Shown here piece by piece: positions 52,981-64,000 of a stretch of DNA of 64,000 bases (its first letter is position 1; every line of letters starts with the position of its first letter). The position numbers and the translations under genes are program-made. Origin of the DNA: Lama glama. Its lineage: Eukaryota. The DNA lies in NCBI GenBank assembly GCA_028534125.1, contig CM052817.1, forward strand, positions 76,944,001-77,008,000, in the 5' to 3' direction. Below the pieces are notes generated by a model that worked only from the letters and a program-made list of their open reading frames with translations, ran no database searches and was not told the origin of the DNA.

Positions 52981-53849
52981 TGAATAATAAAGAAACACAC
53001 TAAAAATTGGAAGTGAAGGATTGAAGAAATCAAAAATAACTCCAAGGTTTTGAGCTTTGAATAATTTGGAAAAACTCTGATATAACTGACTATAAGTGAC
53101 TTGATTCCATTGTAGTATTGAGGCAAGGGTCATGTCTGCTCAACAAACATTTGCTAGAGTCTTTTAAATGTTAAACAACTGAAAAAAGTGTTCAGAACTG
53201 AAAAGAATATTCTAGTACAGATAGGGGAGAACTCTTATCTCCTCTCACCTAAACACTACATTTTTATTACAATTTTCTCAGCAGTGGTATCACATTGCTA
53301 GTATACACCAACTGCAAGTTTAAGTACCCTAAGTATTTTAAGATGAAAATAAGCCCACAGGCCATTTCCTGACCGTATATCCTCCCACTTATCTCAACAG
53401 TCACATGACAGATGTGCAGTTATGTGAATTTTGTTTCCCTGATGATTACCATCGAGTCTATACTAAAACCCTACAAGAAAAAAGGAAATAGAGTAGGGAG
53501 AAGTAGCAGAGTTTGAAGAATGAGTTTTTAATAACAAATGTTTCAGTTATGTATCAAATGCACAAATGAAATACTGTCCATCATTTTATCAGTCTAACAG
53601 CTTCACCTCACATTCTACCTTGAAAATACTTAAATCTTTATTTACAATTTATACTTCTTCTATTACTACATTATTCTAAGCCTTAAAGATTTGGCTTAAA
53701 CAGTGGTTAAATTCATTAGGTATGATCTCAAATTCCTCCAAATTTAGAAATATGGCCGTCACAGCCACAAATTTCACACTAATAGATAGAAATCATCATT
53801 AAAGCACCACTTCTTAAAGTGAAAATATAATAGACTGTAAAGGTATGAT

Positions 53850-54520
53850 TGCTTTTATTAAGCTGTATTTTTAAATAGTTTTAGATTTACAGAAAAGTTG
53901 CAAAAATGATACAGGGAGTTCCCACACATCCCTCTTCCAATTTCCCCTATTGTTAATATCTTACAATATCATGTACCTCTGTCACAACTAAAAAACCAAC
54001 ATTGGCACACTGTTGTTAACTAAATTCTACACTTTATTCAGATTTCTCTAGTTTTCCATTAAAGTCCTTTTTCTGCCCAAGGATACAGCCAGGATACCAC
54101 ATCACATGCAGTCATTACGTCTCATCTCCTATGCTGTGGCAGTTTCACAGACTTTTGTTTTTCATGACCATGACAGTTTTCAGGACAGGTTAGGAAATTT
54201 GTAGAGTGTCCATCAGTTTGATTCTGTCTGATTTTTTCTCATGGTTAGACTGGGGTTAGGGCTTTGAGGAAGAATAACACAGAAGGAGGTGAAGCACTCT
54301 TCTCAATGCACCTTATCGGGATACACACTATCAACACGACTTCCAACTCACGCTGATATTTCTTACCCGGCCCAGGTAGTGCTTGCAAGATTTCTCCAAT
54401 GGAAAGTTATGCTTTCCCCTCTTGCCTTACCCTACCCTTTGAAAGCAAGTAACTAAGCACAGCCCATATGCAAGACAATATTGGGGGAGGGAAGAGGGAT
54501 TAAACTCCACCTCCTGGAAA
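53850..54520 (-). mobile_element. Old L1MC-like 3' fragment
   Basis: TTTTAGATTTACAGAAAAGTTGCAAAAAT...CAGGATACCACAT...TCATGGTTAGACTGGGGTTA. Confidence 0.75.
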
Positions 54521-54861
54521 GAACCGTCTTTTGAAAATAAATATAAAACTTACTCAATTCCTGAAAAACATACTGAGTACCTCAAAGCATTTGACAATGT
54601 AATTTAGTGCCCATTTAATGTGAGTCACCCTGCTTAGTTAGGTACCTCAAATAAGCGTAAGACACAGTCCTTCACCACGAGGAGTTTATAACATGATAAA
54701 GTACCACAAGAAAACTGCTGGTTAAGTAGTATAGTGTCACAAAAAGGGAGAAATCAAATTCACTTGGTGTAATGAAAAGTTTCATAGAACAAGAGATATT
54801 TAAAAATGCAAAGTATTTAAAGCTGAGTAGGATTCTGACAGATGAAAACAGATGGAAATTC

Positions 54862-55298
54862 AGCATCCACTAATGATAAAAAAAAAAAACTCTCAACAAA
54901 GCGGGTATAGAGGAAATGTACCTCAACATAATGAACACCATGTATATCAAGCCCACAGCTCACATCATACTTAATGGTGGAAAGCTGAAAACTCTTCCTC
55001 TAAAATGAGAAACAAGACAACCAATAAACTCATAGTACAATCTGCCAGTTATAAAGTAAATAAGTCCTGGGGATATAGCGTACAACATAGTGGCTATAGT
55101 TAATAATTCTGTACTGCATATTTGAAAACTGCTAAAAAAGTAAATCTTAAAAGTTCTCCTAAGAAAAAAAATGTAACTATGTATGAGGGTGGAGGTTAAC
55201 TAGACTTACTGTGATGATCATTTCACAATAGTATGAGATCATTATGTTGTACACCTAATATAACTGTTTTGTCAACTTTAGGAAGAAAAATGGGATTG
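54862..55298 (+). mobile_element. L1 copy with an ORF2 segment joined directly to a 3'UTR segment
   Basis: ORF2 motif AAGCCCACAGCTCACATCATACTTAATGGTGGAAAGCTGAAA then 3'UTR motif TGCATATTTGAAAACTGCTAA. Confidence 0.75.
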
Positions 55299-55464
55299 GA
55301 AAAAATAGATGGGAAATATGTGGGAAGACATTCAAGATAGAGCAAAGGGCATAAACAAAAATACGACGGTTCTCGCTCTTTCATGCAGTGTTTTAGCACT
55401 TTAATCCAATGGAAACATTGATTTTAAATCTTCAGTAAATCTTAATAGCTTGGGATAAGTGGCT

Positions 55465-55832
55465 GGTATGAGCTGCAGTTGAGTCCCCCAAAATTTATTA
55501 TGAAGTCCTAAACCCCAGTACTGATAATATGGCTGTATTTGGAGACAAGGTCTTTAAAAAGATAATTAAGGTTAAATGAGATCATTAGGACAGGCTCTAA
55601 ACTAATATGATTGGTGTCCTTATTAGAAGGTATTAAGATAAAGAAAGACACGGAGGGAAGAGGATGTGAAGAAACAGGGTCATCCACAGGCCAAGGAGAG
55701 TTCTCTAAAGAAACAAAACTATAGGCAGCTTGATCTTAGACTTCTAATCTTCAGAACAGTGAGAAAATAAATTTGTTGTCTAAGCCAGTCACTCTGTGGT
55801 ATTTTGTATACCAGCCTCAGCAAAATAACACA
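55465..55832 (+). mobile_element. MLT1A/B-like MaLR solo LTR
   Basis: GAAGTCCTAAACCCCAG...TATTTGGAGACAAGGTCTTT...GGTGTCCTTATTAGAAG...GTGAGAAAATAAAT...AACACA. Confidence 0.8.
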
Positions 55833-56419
55833 GATGGTCAGTTAGAGATTCTAAATAAAATCTAATTTGGCAAAACTTTTCACTGTGATTTGGTATTTAA
55901 GCCTTGTTACTGAATAGTCCTTTCCATTCACTAGTTAGATGAAGACAGTAAAGTAAGGTGAAATTAGAGAAAGAAAGATATGGTAAGATAAGGTCAGCCT
56001 TAGAAAAAGCTTTAATGCTATCAAATTAAAATTTGTCCCACAAACTTGTCCATTCCAACCCTAACCATAACAGCAACTTTTGCCCTTACTAATTAAATTC
56101 TTCCCACCAGAAAAGTATGTAGTGATTCTATGAAGCTTCGTGGAATCTCTACTGTAGCACTTCATTCACCAGACCTCTTGAAAACATTACCCATTACAAC
56201 TGCTGCAACGTAGTGCCCCAAATGGTCCACTAAATAAAAGTGTTACCCAGATCCTCTTTTTTTGTTTTCACACCGGAGGAAAATAAAATGGTAAAGTAAA
56301 AAATAAAAGAAGTGGCATTTAATGAGCACATGCCTAAGGCTAAAAATATTCCTACACATCTGTAATTCCCCTTTACAAGCAGCAGCGCTACCATTTCTCT
56401 AACTGCACTCTGAGAAACG

Positions 56420-57610
56420 CACGGCAGGGGAGGTAAGAGCAGGCAGGCGCTGGCTTTCAAGAGCCGACGGAAGCTCAGGAGCGGCTACACGCCGACCACA
56501 AACTGGGGTCACAGGGCAACACGGAAAAGCGTACAGACGCACGGAAATGGGTCTCCCGCACACTCGTCCGGTCTAACATCCTTTCCTTTTCCTATTCTTG
56601 TGTTTACAAAAGTCGGCGAGGCTTTCCCTAAGAGACTAGACTCCCCCAAACCAAAAATAAACGAAAAAAAAATAAAATAAAACAAAAACTGACTGCAGAC
56701 CATTGGACACCTGCCCTTCAGAACAGCAATTTCAAGGGAAGACGAAGGATACGGAGTTTTTTAGCAGAGAGGCAAAAAACAATACAGCTAGTTCCATCTA
56801 AATTAACCTACCAAAAGGGTAAGAAGCAGAGAACTATCGAACCTGGTGTTTCGGTAACAATGGTGACCGCTAAGGTAACTACCGTGAAGTAAACAGGAAA
56901 TAGCACAACCGTTCTACTTTCTTCATTCAGCGGGTGCCCGCCCTCGTCAGGATTTCCTGGTCTCGCGAGAACTTTCTGGCAGCTCTGTGTGCGCATGCGT
57001 CGGAATCGGAGGCCAGGTGAGCAGCACAGATCAAGAGGCTAGGCGGGGGAGGTGAAGAGGCGGAGGAAGGGGCGGGGCCACCAGGAAGGCGGAGGCCCAC
57101 AGATAGGGGTGGGACGTGGCGGGCTTGGGGTTGGGGTGGCTGGGCGGAGAGAGAAAGCGCGTTGGCCGCGCTCCTCGCGGCGCTTCCCCGGAATAGCGTC
57201 ATCAGCTCTATAAGAGAGCGTGTGCAGAAGGGCTCGCTCTTTTACATCCGGGGAGCGTCTAGTTTAGGTTAAGGTACGCGTTCGTGTTTTGTGCGCTAAA
57301 ATACTTGGGAAGGAACTTTTTGTCTTAGTTTAAGATGCAGGAGATTCAGCAATCTTGTAGTGGTAGGTCGAGGTCAGTTTTGGAAAGCCTGAGTAGACTG
57401 AGGCGTCCCTTAGTTCGCTCGGCAGCCACGTGCAGCCCGGGGAGCTGAGTCGGAAGCCTAGCGCGCGTGGGCCGTGGGCCCTCGGGCAAGGGTTAAATGC
57501 AGCTGATGCCTCCGGTGTAGAAGTCGTTAGCTCTGCTGTCGGTGTCATGTGGCCATCTTGAATCGCCTCTGCCACTATTTAATAGTAACACCGTGCCCTG
57601 ATGACCCGCC
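56420..57610. promoter_or_regulatory. CpG island / SNHG8 promoter
   Basis: Abrupt GC and CpG enrichment in an AT-rich window; TCTCGCGAGA (56961-56970), TGCGCATGCG (56990-56999), GGGGCGGGGC (57069-57078), TATAAGA (57209-57215), CTCTTTT (57237-57243). Confidence 0.9.
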
Positions 57611-58360
57611 AGTTTGATCCAGGTGGTGAGTAGTATCTGCAGTTGTGCTTGCTGATCGTTCCTGGGATTATGGATCTCCATGTGTCTTTGGGACCTGTCA
57701 GCTGTGGCAGTCTCCCTTCCTAGCCATGGAAGAGCATATTCTTGTTTATTGGCAAAGCTGTCACCATTTAATTGGTATCAGATTCTGACTTGCACAAGTA
57801 ACATTCTTCACTTTTAAAACCTGGAGGTTGCTAGATTATTGGGCATACATCTAACTGTTGTTCACATGTTTCTAGGAACCTGAACTAATTGTTCCTGTGA
57901 GAGATGGAAGACATAACAAGGTATGTTCCCTTTTTATTTTTTTCTGTTCATATTTCTTAGCTAACCTGAAACCTGTAGTGCTAAGGATTTGAAAGGCCAA
58001 AATTGACCCATTTTGTAATTTGAAAGAGTAAATGTCCAACTAAATAGAAGGTAACTAAAATAGCTGCCAAGATCTCAGCACCGTGAGTTAAGTACACAAA
58101 ACAGTTTTACAAAGCTGGTTTTTCTTTTGCAGATACCAAGAAATCCAAAGCAGCATGGGTGAAGTCTTATTTAGCATCCTGTGGTGCACTGCCAAACGAT
58201 TTTAAATATCAGCAGCTTGGGGACCAAGTGTGGCGAGTAATATTCTGGAAACTATTTTCAGTATAGTCCTGAATATTATTTGTAAGTAATGTGGTATTTA
58301 AAGTGTAGAATAAATGAGTGCTTCCTTGTCATAACTAAATAAAAAAATGCTTGATTTGTA
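57239..58360 (+). ncRNA. SNHG8: SNHG8-type snoRNA host lncRNA; predicted exons about 57239-57273, 57586-57625, 57876-57920, 58133-about 58360
   Basis: 5'TOP-like start, donors GTACGC/GTGAGT/GTATGT, acceptors aatag/tttctag (branch CTAAC at 57851)/ttttgcag, AATAAA at 58309 and 58338; hosts SNORA24; known synteny between NDST3 and PRSS12. Exon bounds are inferred. Confidence 0.8.
57676..57806 (+). ncRNA. SNORA24: H/ACA box snoRNA SNORA24 (131 nt)
   Basis: Two-hairpin layout, H box AGAGCA at 57731-57736, ACA at 57801-57803 three nt from the end; near-identical to recalled human SNORA24. Confidence 0.95.
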
Positions 58361-58574
58361 TAGATAATCAGTGTTCCCTGACTGAATGATTAATAAGTGC
58401 AAAGATAGTTAGAAATAGTGGACAGACTACCTTCTGTTCTACTCTGGAAGTAGCATGAATATTGTTGTAAGGTATTTCAGCATTAGGGGGAAACGCTTAT
58501 ACATAAAAACCAGGTTACCCCTAAGGGAGAGAGCACAGTCATTTTATACCACACAGACAATTAAGGGAACTATG

Positions 58575-60584
58575 CATGAAAAGCTATGCATTTTATTTAC
58601 ACAAATGTTCACTGAACACTAGTATCTTTAGAAGTCACACTTAAATATTTCACAAGAAAAAATTGGCTATAATGAAGGCATATTTTACAGACCAATATTC
58701 TACTTTAAGGTTGAGCAAACTGCAGGCTGCCTGTTAATTACCTGTCCTTTAAGTTTGCCAATCTTGGGTCTAACATTTCAATATGAACATTGCCTATACC
58801 AGCACTGTAATTTAACTAGAAGGGTGGCCCGTGAGAAAGCCTTGATAAAATAAATTTTCTCACTTGTATTGCACGTTTTTCCCAAGCCCTTGTGCAAGTG
58901 TGCACCCCTCAATAAGTCTAGAGGCAAATTCTTACAAAGTTTATCCTTTATCAGATTCATGAGCTTTTACAAACATTTTCATGCTATTTTACCTGGCATA
59001 GTATTACAGTTCTGTAAGAGGTAACCTATAAAGCACTTCTAGGTTAGCACCAGTTTTTTATAAAGCTATAAATTTACAAAAAGGACACAATTTGCAGAAA
59101 GGAAAGAGGTGAAGTCCCTCCATGGTGGATTAGCCATTTAAGAGGATTGTGTAACCCGTCTTAATGTTAGTTTGCACTCACCTCTTCACGTATTTTTACG
59201 CATCTATAATTTAGATATACAAAAATTGTTTGAAATTATCTGGGATTTTGGGACGGATATAAGATATTAGGAATCATTCTCACCTCTGAGGAGGATTACT
59301 CAAGTATCCCAAGGGGCTTATCTTCTATATTTGGGCAGACTGCACTGCTACCAAGAATGGCCCTGTAGAGGTGCACGATTTCCCTTAGGACAGAACTGTT
59401 GTGAGGGAGTTGGGGGAACACCGCTGTCGGCATTGGGGCTCCTTCCTGTTCTGGAGCTTGGATTCAAAGCCTTCCATCAGCTGCCTCACCTTGACCTCTT
59501 AAGCTTTTGCAAACCAGGGGTAGTATAAAATCTTGGCAAATTGCCAACGAGGTTCATGGCCACCCAATGCATTGCCTAGCACATTATATGAATTAAGTTA
59601 TTTTAGAGCTTTCCCCACTATCCAGGCAGGTAAAGCATTTTTAAAGGTGTGTTTTTATTAGATGGGACTGTACCAGAACAGTCTTGGGAAATCTGCAGGT
59701 GGAAGTCAGTTACCCGAAAGCTGCAATAGATGGCACTCTTGTATCATAGTCTGGAAAATGGCAGCTGCTAAGGAAATACTTGCTTTACTAAGCTATAAAA
59801 TTTGAAGTGATTAAAAGTAATCAGCAAATGATGCTGGCAAATAAGGTGGATAAGTTAGGCTGTGTATTTAACAACTTGAAGGCATTATTCTTTTATTTTG
59901 TTACCAGAATTTTTCTAAATTTTACCAGCAACATAGAAGGTGGCTAGAATGTTCTGTTTGCTATAGTGCTTGGTACAAAGGTTTCATTCAGGAATGTTTT
60001 GTGACACTGATCCTGTTCTAGTCTAGGTTTATAATGGAATTCCTTTACCTTTTTGGCCCTTGATTTCCTCACCTGACAAAGGCTAGAGAAACCCAGCGTG
60101 TAGATTTCTTGTCAGCCTTTTGAAAAAACTGAGCTCAAAAATTAAACAGGAAAACAGTCCCTCTTATTTTGAGTGTAGTAAGAGTATTTTTTTAATCAAA
60201 TGTGAGCTCTTAATATGAATATATATCGATTCCATTATGAAGGGAGTTCTCAATTCACAGATGTAAAAACAGCCTTACTGTACAATCAGTATACAGTAAT
60301 GTGTGGGAGATGCTGAGAAAGAGACAAGACTCGAATGAGAATAATGGGTTTAGTCTTGTTTGAAACTAGTTTGTGTAGGCAACAATGCTACTTTCAGGAT
60401 AATTGGTACTACACTGAGGTATCTGTAACCAAAATGTTCACAAATTCTTAAAAGCAGCAAAGGGTACATAACTTATCACAACACAGACATGGGTCTCCGT
60501 TCCCATTAGTTGGTATCTCTGACTGCTAATGTTGAAAACTCTCCAACAGACTCTTCAAATATTACTGAGGTTTCCTTGAAGGAT
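58575..60584 (-). other. PRSS12: Probable PRSS12 3'UTR (distal end uncertain)
   Basis: Follows the stop codon; minus-strand AATAAA at 59892-59897, 59654-59659 and 58592-58597. Confidence 0.55.
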
Positions 60585-60892
60585 TTACAGTTTGGTGACA
60601 CTTTTTATCCAAGGTACAAAGGCTGACACTTTTGTGTAAACACCAGGGGAATCCTTGACTCCACAGCCATACCCCCAGGAGGTCACCCCATACACAACCC
60701 AGCTCTCTCCTGAACGTTCACACATGAGTGGTCCTCCACTGTCTCCCTGGCAGCTGTCCACGCGTTTGTGTTCATGGAGGTTTCCAGCACAGAGCATCCT
60801 TCCTGTGAACCGGCCCTTATAACGGTGTGCGCAAAACCGCTTCGGAAGTAAGGGGATGGCTGCTTGTTGTAGAGTTCTTGAGTAGGCTCGTC
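60585..60892 (-). CDS. PRSS12: PRSS12 (neurotrypsin) terminal coding exon, (G)RAYSRTLQQAAIPLL...DSCQGDSGGPL...WIKSVTKL*
   Basis: Minus-strand ctgtatag acceptor, phase 1; catalytic Ser motif GDSGGP, S1 Asp (DSCQ), PGVYTKV; TAA at 60585-60587. Confidence 0.97.
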
Positions 60893-61394
60893 CTATACAG
60901 ACGCAATAAAGTGAGTCAGATTCCAGCTGAAGTTGCCTGACACACATGAGCTGAACACTATACTCCTCAGGGATGGTGGGGGGTTGTGAAGGAGAAAACC
61001 CAAGTGGGTTGGATTCCTCCACTTAAACCTCAGCAGCTCTGCTTTCGTCTATTCATTATTTAGGAATCCTCCATAAGATTTAGTTTGATAAAGAGCTCCA
61101 TTACCAAAAAACCCAAAGCCCTTTGTTGGGATAGCTACACCAAAGTCATCTGGGAAACCTTTTTAAAATGTGACAGCCAGGCTGCTGGTAGGGGTAGGGC
61201 CTGAGCTCTAATGGGAACAACAGTGCCCTCAGGATACAAATCCAAATTCCATGTATGCATCTTGCTAGGCAGAATTTCCAAACTAAGCCTAAATCCCTTA
61301 AAGATTTTGCTATCCATTGGACACCCAAATATGTGGATAACCCAGGACACAGAAAGGTGCCCAGATCTTTGTTCCTTTGTGTTATTTATGTTAC

Positions 61395-61675
61395 CTGTGT
61401 CTCCCCATCCTGTTATGTAACAATTGGAGGCTGTTTTCTGTGGCCTCTCTCTCCAGAGTGGCAAACAGGCCGGCAAAACATGGCTGCTGAACCTGGCGCA
61501 CTGCTCTTCTGGTCCTTGCAGTCTAACCAGCGCGATGTCGTAGTCACTGCTGTCCGGTCGATACGCCCGGTGAATCACAATCTGCTGAACTCCGATCTCT
61601 TCTTCAAACTCCTCCGGCACCAGAGTGTGATAATCCCCAACCCGGACAGCATAGTTCCTAGTGCTGTTGCCGTAC
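61395..61675 (-). CDS. PRSS12: PRSS12 penultimate coding exon, 281 nt, YGNSTRNYAVRVGDYHTL...DYDIALVRL...CYITGWGDT(G)
   Basis: Minus-strand ctctctgcccttcag acceptor, GTAACA donor; catalytic Asp motif DIAL; phase joins the last exon (G|GA). Confidence 0.97.
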
Positions 61676-62635
61676 CTGAAGGGCAGAGAGAGCAAACGGG
61701 AGGCTTGTTTCAGAGGCTGAAAATCTGTCATTGTCAGCCAGGAAGGTTAACAGAGATACTTGGAAGGCTCTCTTCCAAATCATTAACCCCTTTTATAAGT
61801 TTAACCTTTCTTTCCATTTCTCTGCTCTCGCCCTCATCCTCTAAACCCACTGTCGTCTTTTTTTTCCTTCATTTCACTAATCCAGGTTACCTACTGTCTT
61901 AATTCTTTTCTGAGAAGCAGCAAATGTGGAAGATGTATGAAAAGTAAAGGGTAATCATTAACCTGTCATTTCCCCACCATGAAAAAGGATCAAAACAGGA
62001 ACAAATACAGGCAAAATTATCACCCTGTATTTGCTGTCGTCATTCTTCTGTCATTTCCAAGGTTGTTAGTTCATCATGAAGTTCCATGAGGGCAGAAACC
62101 ACGTCTGATCTAACTGTATCCCCCACAAAGCGCTTAGCACAATCCACCTGACTCCCCTTTCCTGTGAACTGAATGCAAACCAAAACTCTATCTTCAGGGA
62201 AACATATTCCCAATGTGTTTTCATCCCTTAAGTCTTCTTTGGGACATCACCTCCACGAGACCTACTTTGACACTCAATTGAAATTGCGACCCACCCTTGT
62301 TTATCCTACCATTCCCCAGTATATTCCCAATATCCTTAATCTGATCTACTTTAACTTTTTTTTTTAAACACTGCTTTCTAACAAACTACCTAACTTGCTA
62401 TTTATTGTATGTCTTGTTCTTAAATACCTAGAATGGTGATACCAGTTACGCAGGAATGCAGCACACGTTTGTTGATTTAGTGAATGAATGAATGGACGAA
62501 TGTATATTTTTAATGTATGTGTCTTTTCTCCATAGGAACTATTCAATTAAAATAGCAACACAATATTTACTTAACTGATAGTTCTCAGCCAGTTTTTCAA
62601 CCAATATACCTTGATTCTGATACATCTGCCTAGAG

Positions 62636-62836
62636 CAGTTTCTCAACCTCAGCACTACTGACATCAGAGACCAGATTACTCTTGGTGGTAGGGGACTGTC
62701 TGGTGCACTGCAGGATGTTTAGAAGCATCCCTCAGTAGCGTGCACACTCGAATATACACACACACCCCCTAAACATGTCTCCAGACATTGACAGATGTCC
62801 CGTAGGCTGCAAATTGTCCCCAGCTGAGAACCACCA
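62636..62836. mobile_element. MER20 hAT element with degenerate 8-bp TSD
   Basis: TTTCTCAACCTCAGCACTACTGACAT...GCAGGATGTTTAG...TGTCTCCAGACATTG...TGAGAACCAC; flanks GCCTAGAG / ACCTAGAA. Confidence 0.8.
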
Positions 62837-63589
62837 ACCTAGAATGCATAATGCAGCCCACCTCCTGATCACTTCCTCTTTCTCCCTGAAGAGTACAGCC
62901 CCTTGCTAAGGGAGCAAGCCCCCTCTACCACTACTCAAAACATTCTCAATGACTTAATTCCCAACACTTCTCCCTTTCAGCTCCCTAACTTCCTGAGCTA
63001 CAGGGAGTGTATTCATTCAGCCCCCCACCTAGAGCTAATATTCAGCAAATACTACAAATCTATAAAGTCTCAATTTCAAGCATCTCAAACTTGACTGACT
63101 ACCTCTTATCTTCACAGTTTTACAACTCTACGGTTCTTCGGCCCCATTGGACTTAAGTCTTTCCACCCCACCAGTTGTTCCATTTCAATCTCACTCTCAC
63201 ACCCTTCTTACCAGGCTTGGAGTCCACAATCACTGTTTTGCAAACACTCAGTCCTTCCTTTTATCTACCAAAACTTCGACTCTGTTTTCATCAACTCACC
63301 ACCTACTTTCTGCTAGCATCCGACTGTTGAAAGGGACAAACATACATGTAACAGCTCTCATCTTAATTTTTTTTAATCAAAACTTCAGTGTCTTCTACTG
63401 GATATAAGGCCTGTACTTGAATGTGAATTTGGAGAAGTGGTATTCAAAAGCTGAAATTTTCTAGTGACTGCCTAGTCTAAATAAAACCTTTCATTTACTC
63501 CTATAATATTACTGGAAGTTGTAAGTTCTAAGCCCTAGGTGGGGTTCTGGCAACATTGCAACATAAAAAGTGATTTTCTTAACTACACA

Positions 63590-63848
63590 CAGTTTTGAAT
63601 ACTCAGTATGAAAAAAGAATATAAAATATGTTTTATAGATAACTAAATAGATAAGAATATCAAATACTTCAATTTCTATATTATATTTTGCAATGATAAT
63701 ATTTTGGATATACTGAGTTAAATATATCATTAATATTAATTTCATCCATTTGGTTTTTTTATCTTTTAAGGTAGCTACTAGAAAATTTACAGTTAACATA
63801 CATGATTTGTATTTGTGGCTCACATCATATTTCTACTAGACAGCACTG
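63590..63848. mobile_element. MER33-like hAT element
   Basis: TATTTTGGATATACTGAGTTAAA...GCTACTAGAAAATTTA...GTGGCTCACATCATATTTCTACTAGACAGCACTG. Confidence 0.7.
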
Positions 63849-64000
63849 GCCTAGAGAAATAGTTTGGCATTAGCTAGGCATCCTATTTTATTATGTTTCT
63901 TTAATGCAGACTCTTAGATTGCTTGTAACTAAGCTTGAGTTATGAGACGTTCCCTTTATATGTTAACTTTTTATATCCTTGGAGATAATTACATTACTGT

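Noticed and set aside
56808..57681. Several minus-strand ORFs in the CpG island
   Set aside because: GC-rich DNA is stop-poor; no recognisable domains or supporting splice structure.
61255..61902. 215-aa + strand ORF
   Set aside because: Antisense shadow of the PRSS12 penultimate exon plus low-complexity intron; no recognisable protein.

Overview
Mammalian genomic DNA, very probably a camelid (vic-1-type tRNA-derived SINE at ~3596). The window carries the conserved NDST3 - SNHG8/SNORA24 - PRSS12 neighbourhood. It contains eight 3' coding exons of NDST3 (heparan sulfate N-deacetylase/N-sulfotransferase 3), a CpG-island promoter driving the 5'TOP-type snoRNA host SNHG8 with intronic H/ACA snoRNA SNORA24, and the last two coding exons of PRSS12 (neurotrypsin) on the minus strand. 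The rest is mostly L1, L2, MIR, LTR and hAT repeats plus three 500-N gaps. Main anomaly: six NDST3 exons are on the + strand, but the last two exons and the 3'UTR are on the - strand inside the 17-kb block between gaps 2 and 3. Splice phase and a split 17-bp target-site duplication show the block is inverted relative to its ancestral arrangement; a scaffolding error is most likely, a real inversion is possible. Other notable items are a probable L1 3'-transduction 25 nt from an NDST3 splice acceptor, a perfect 26-bp fold-back palindrome at an L1 5' junction, and a candidate 29-codon spliced ORF in SNHG8. I found no convincing previously undescribed biological system. Repeat family names and exon numbers are from recall, not from database searches.
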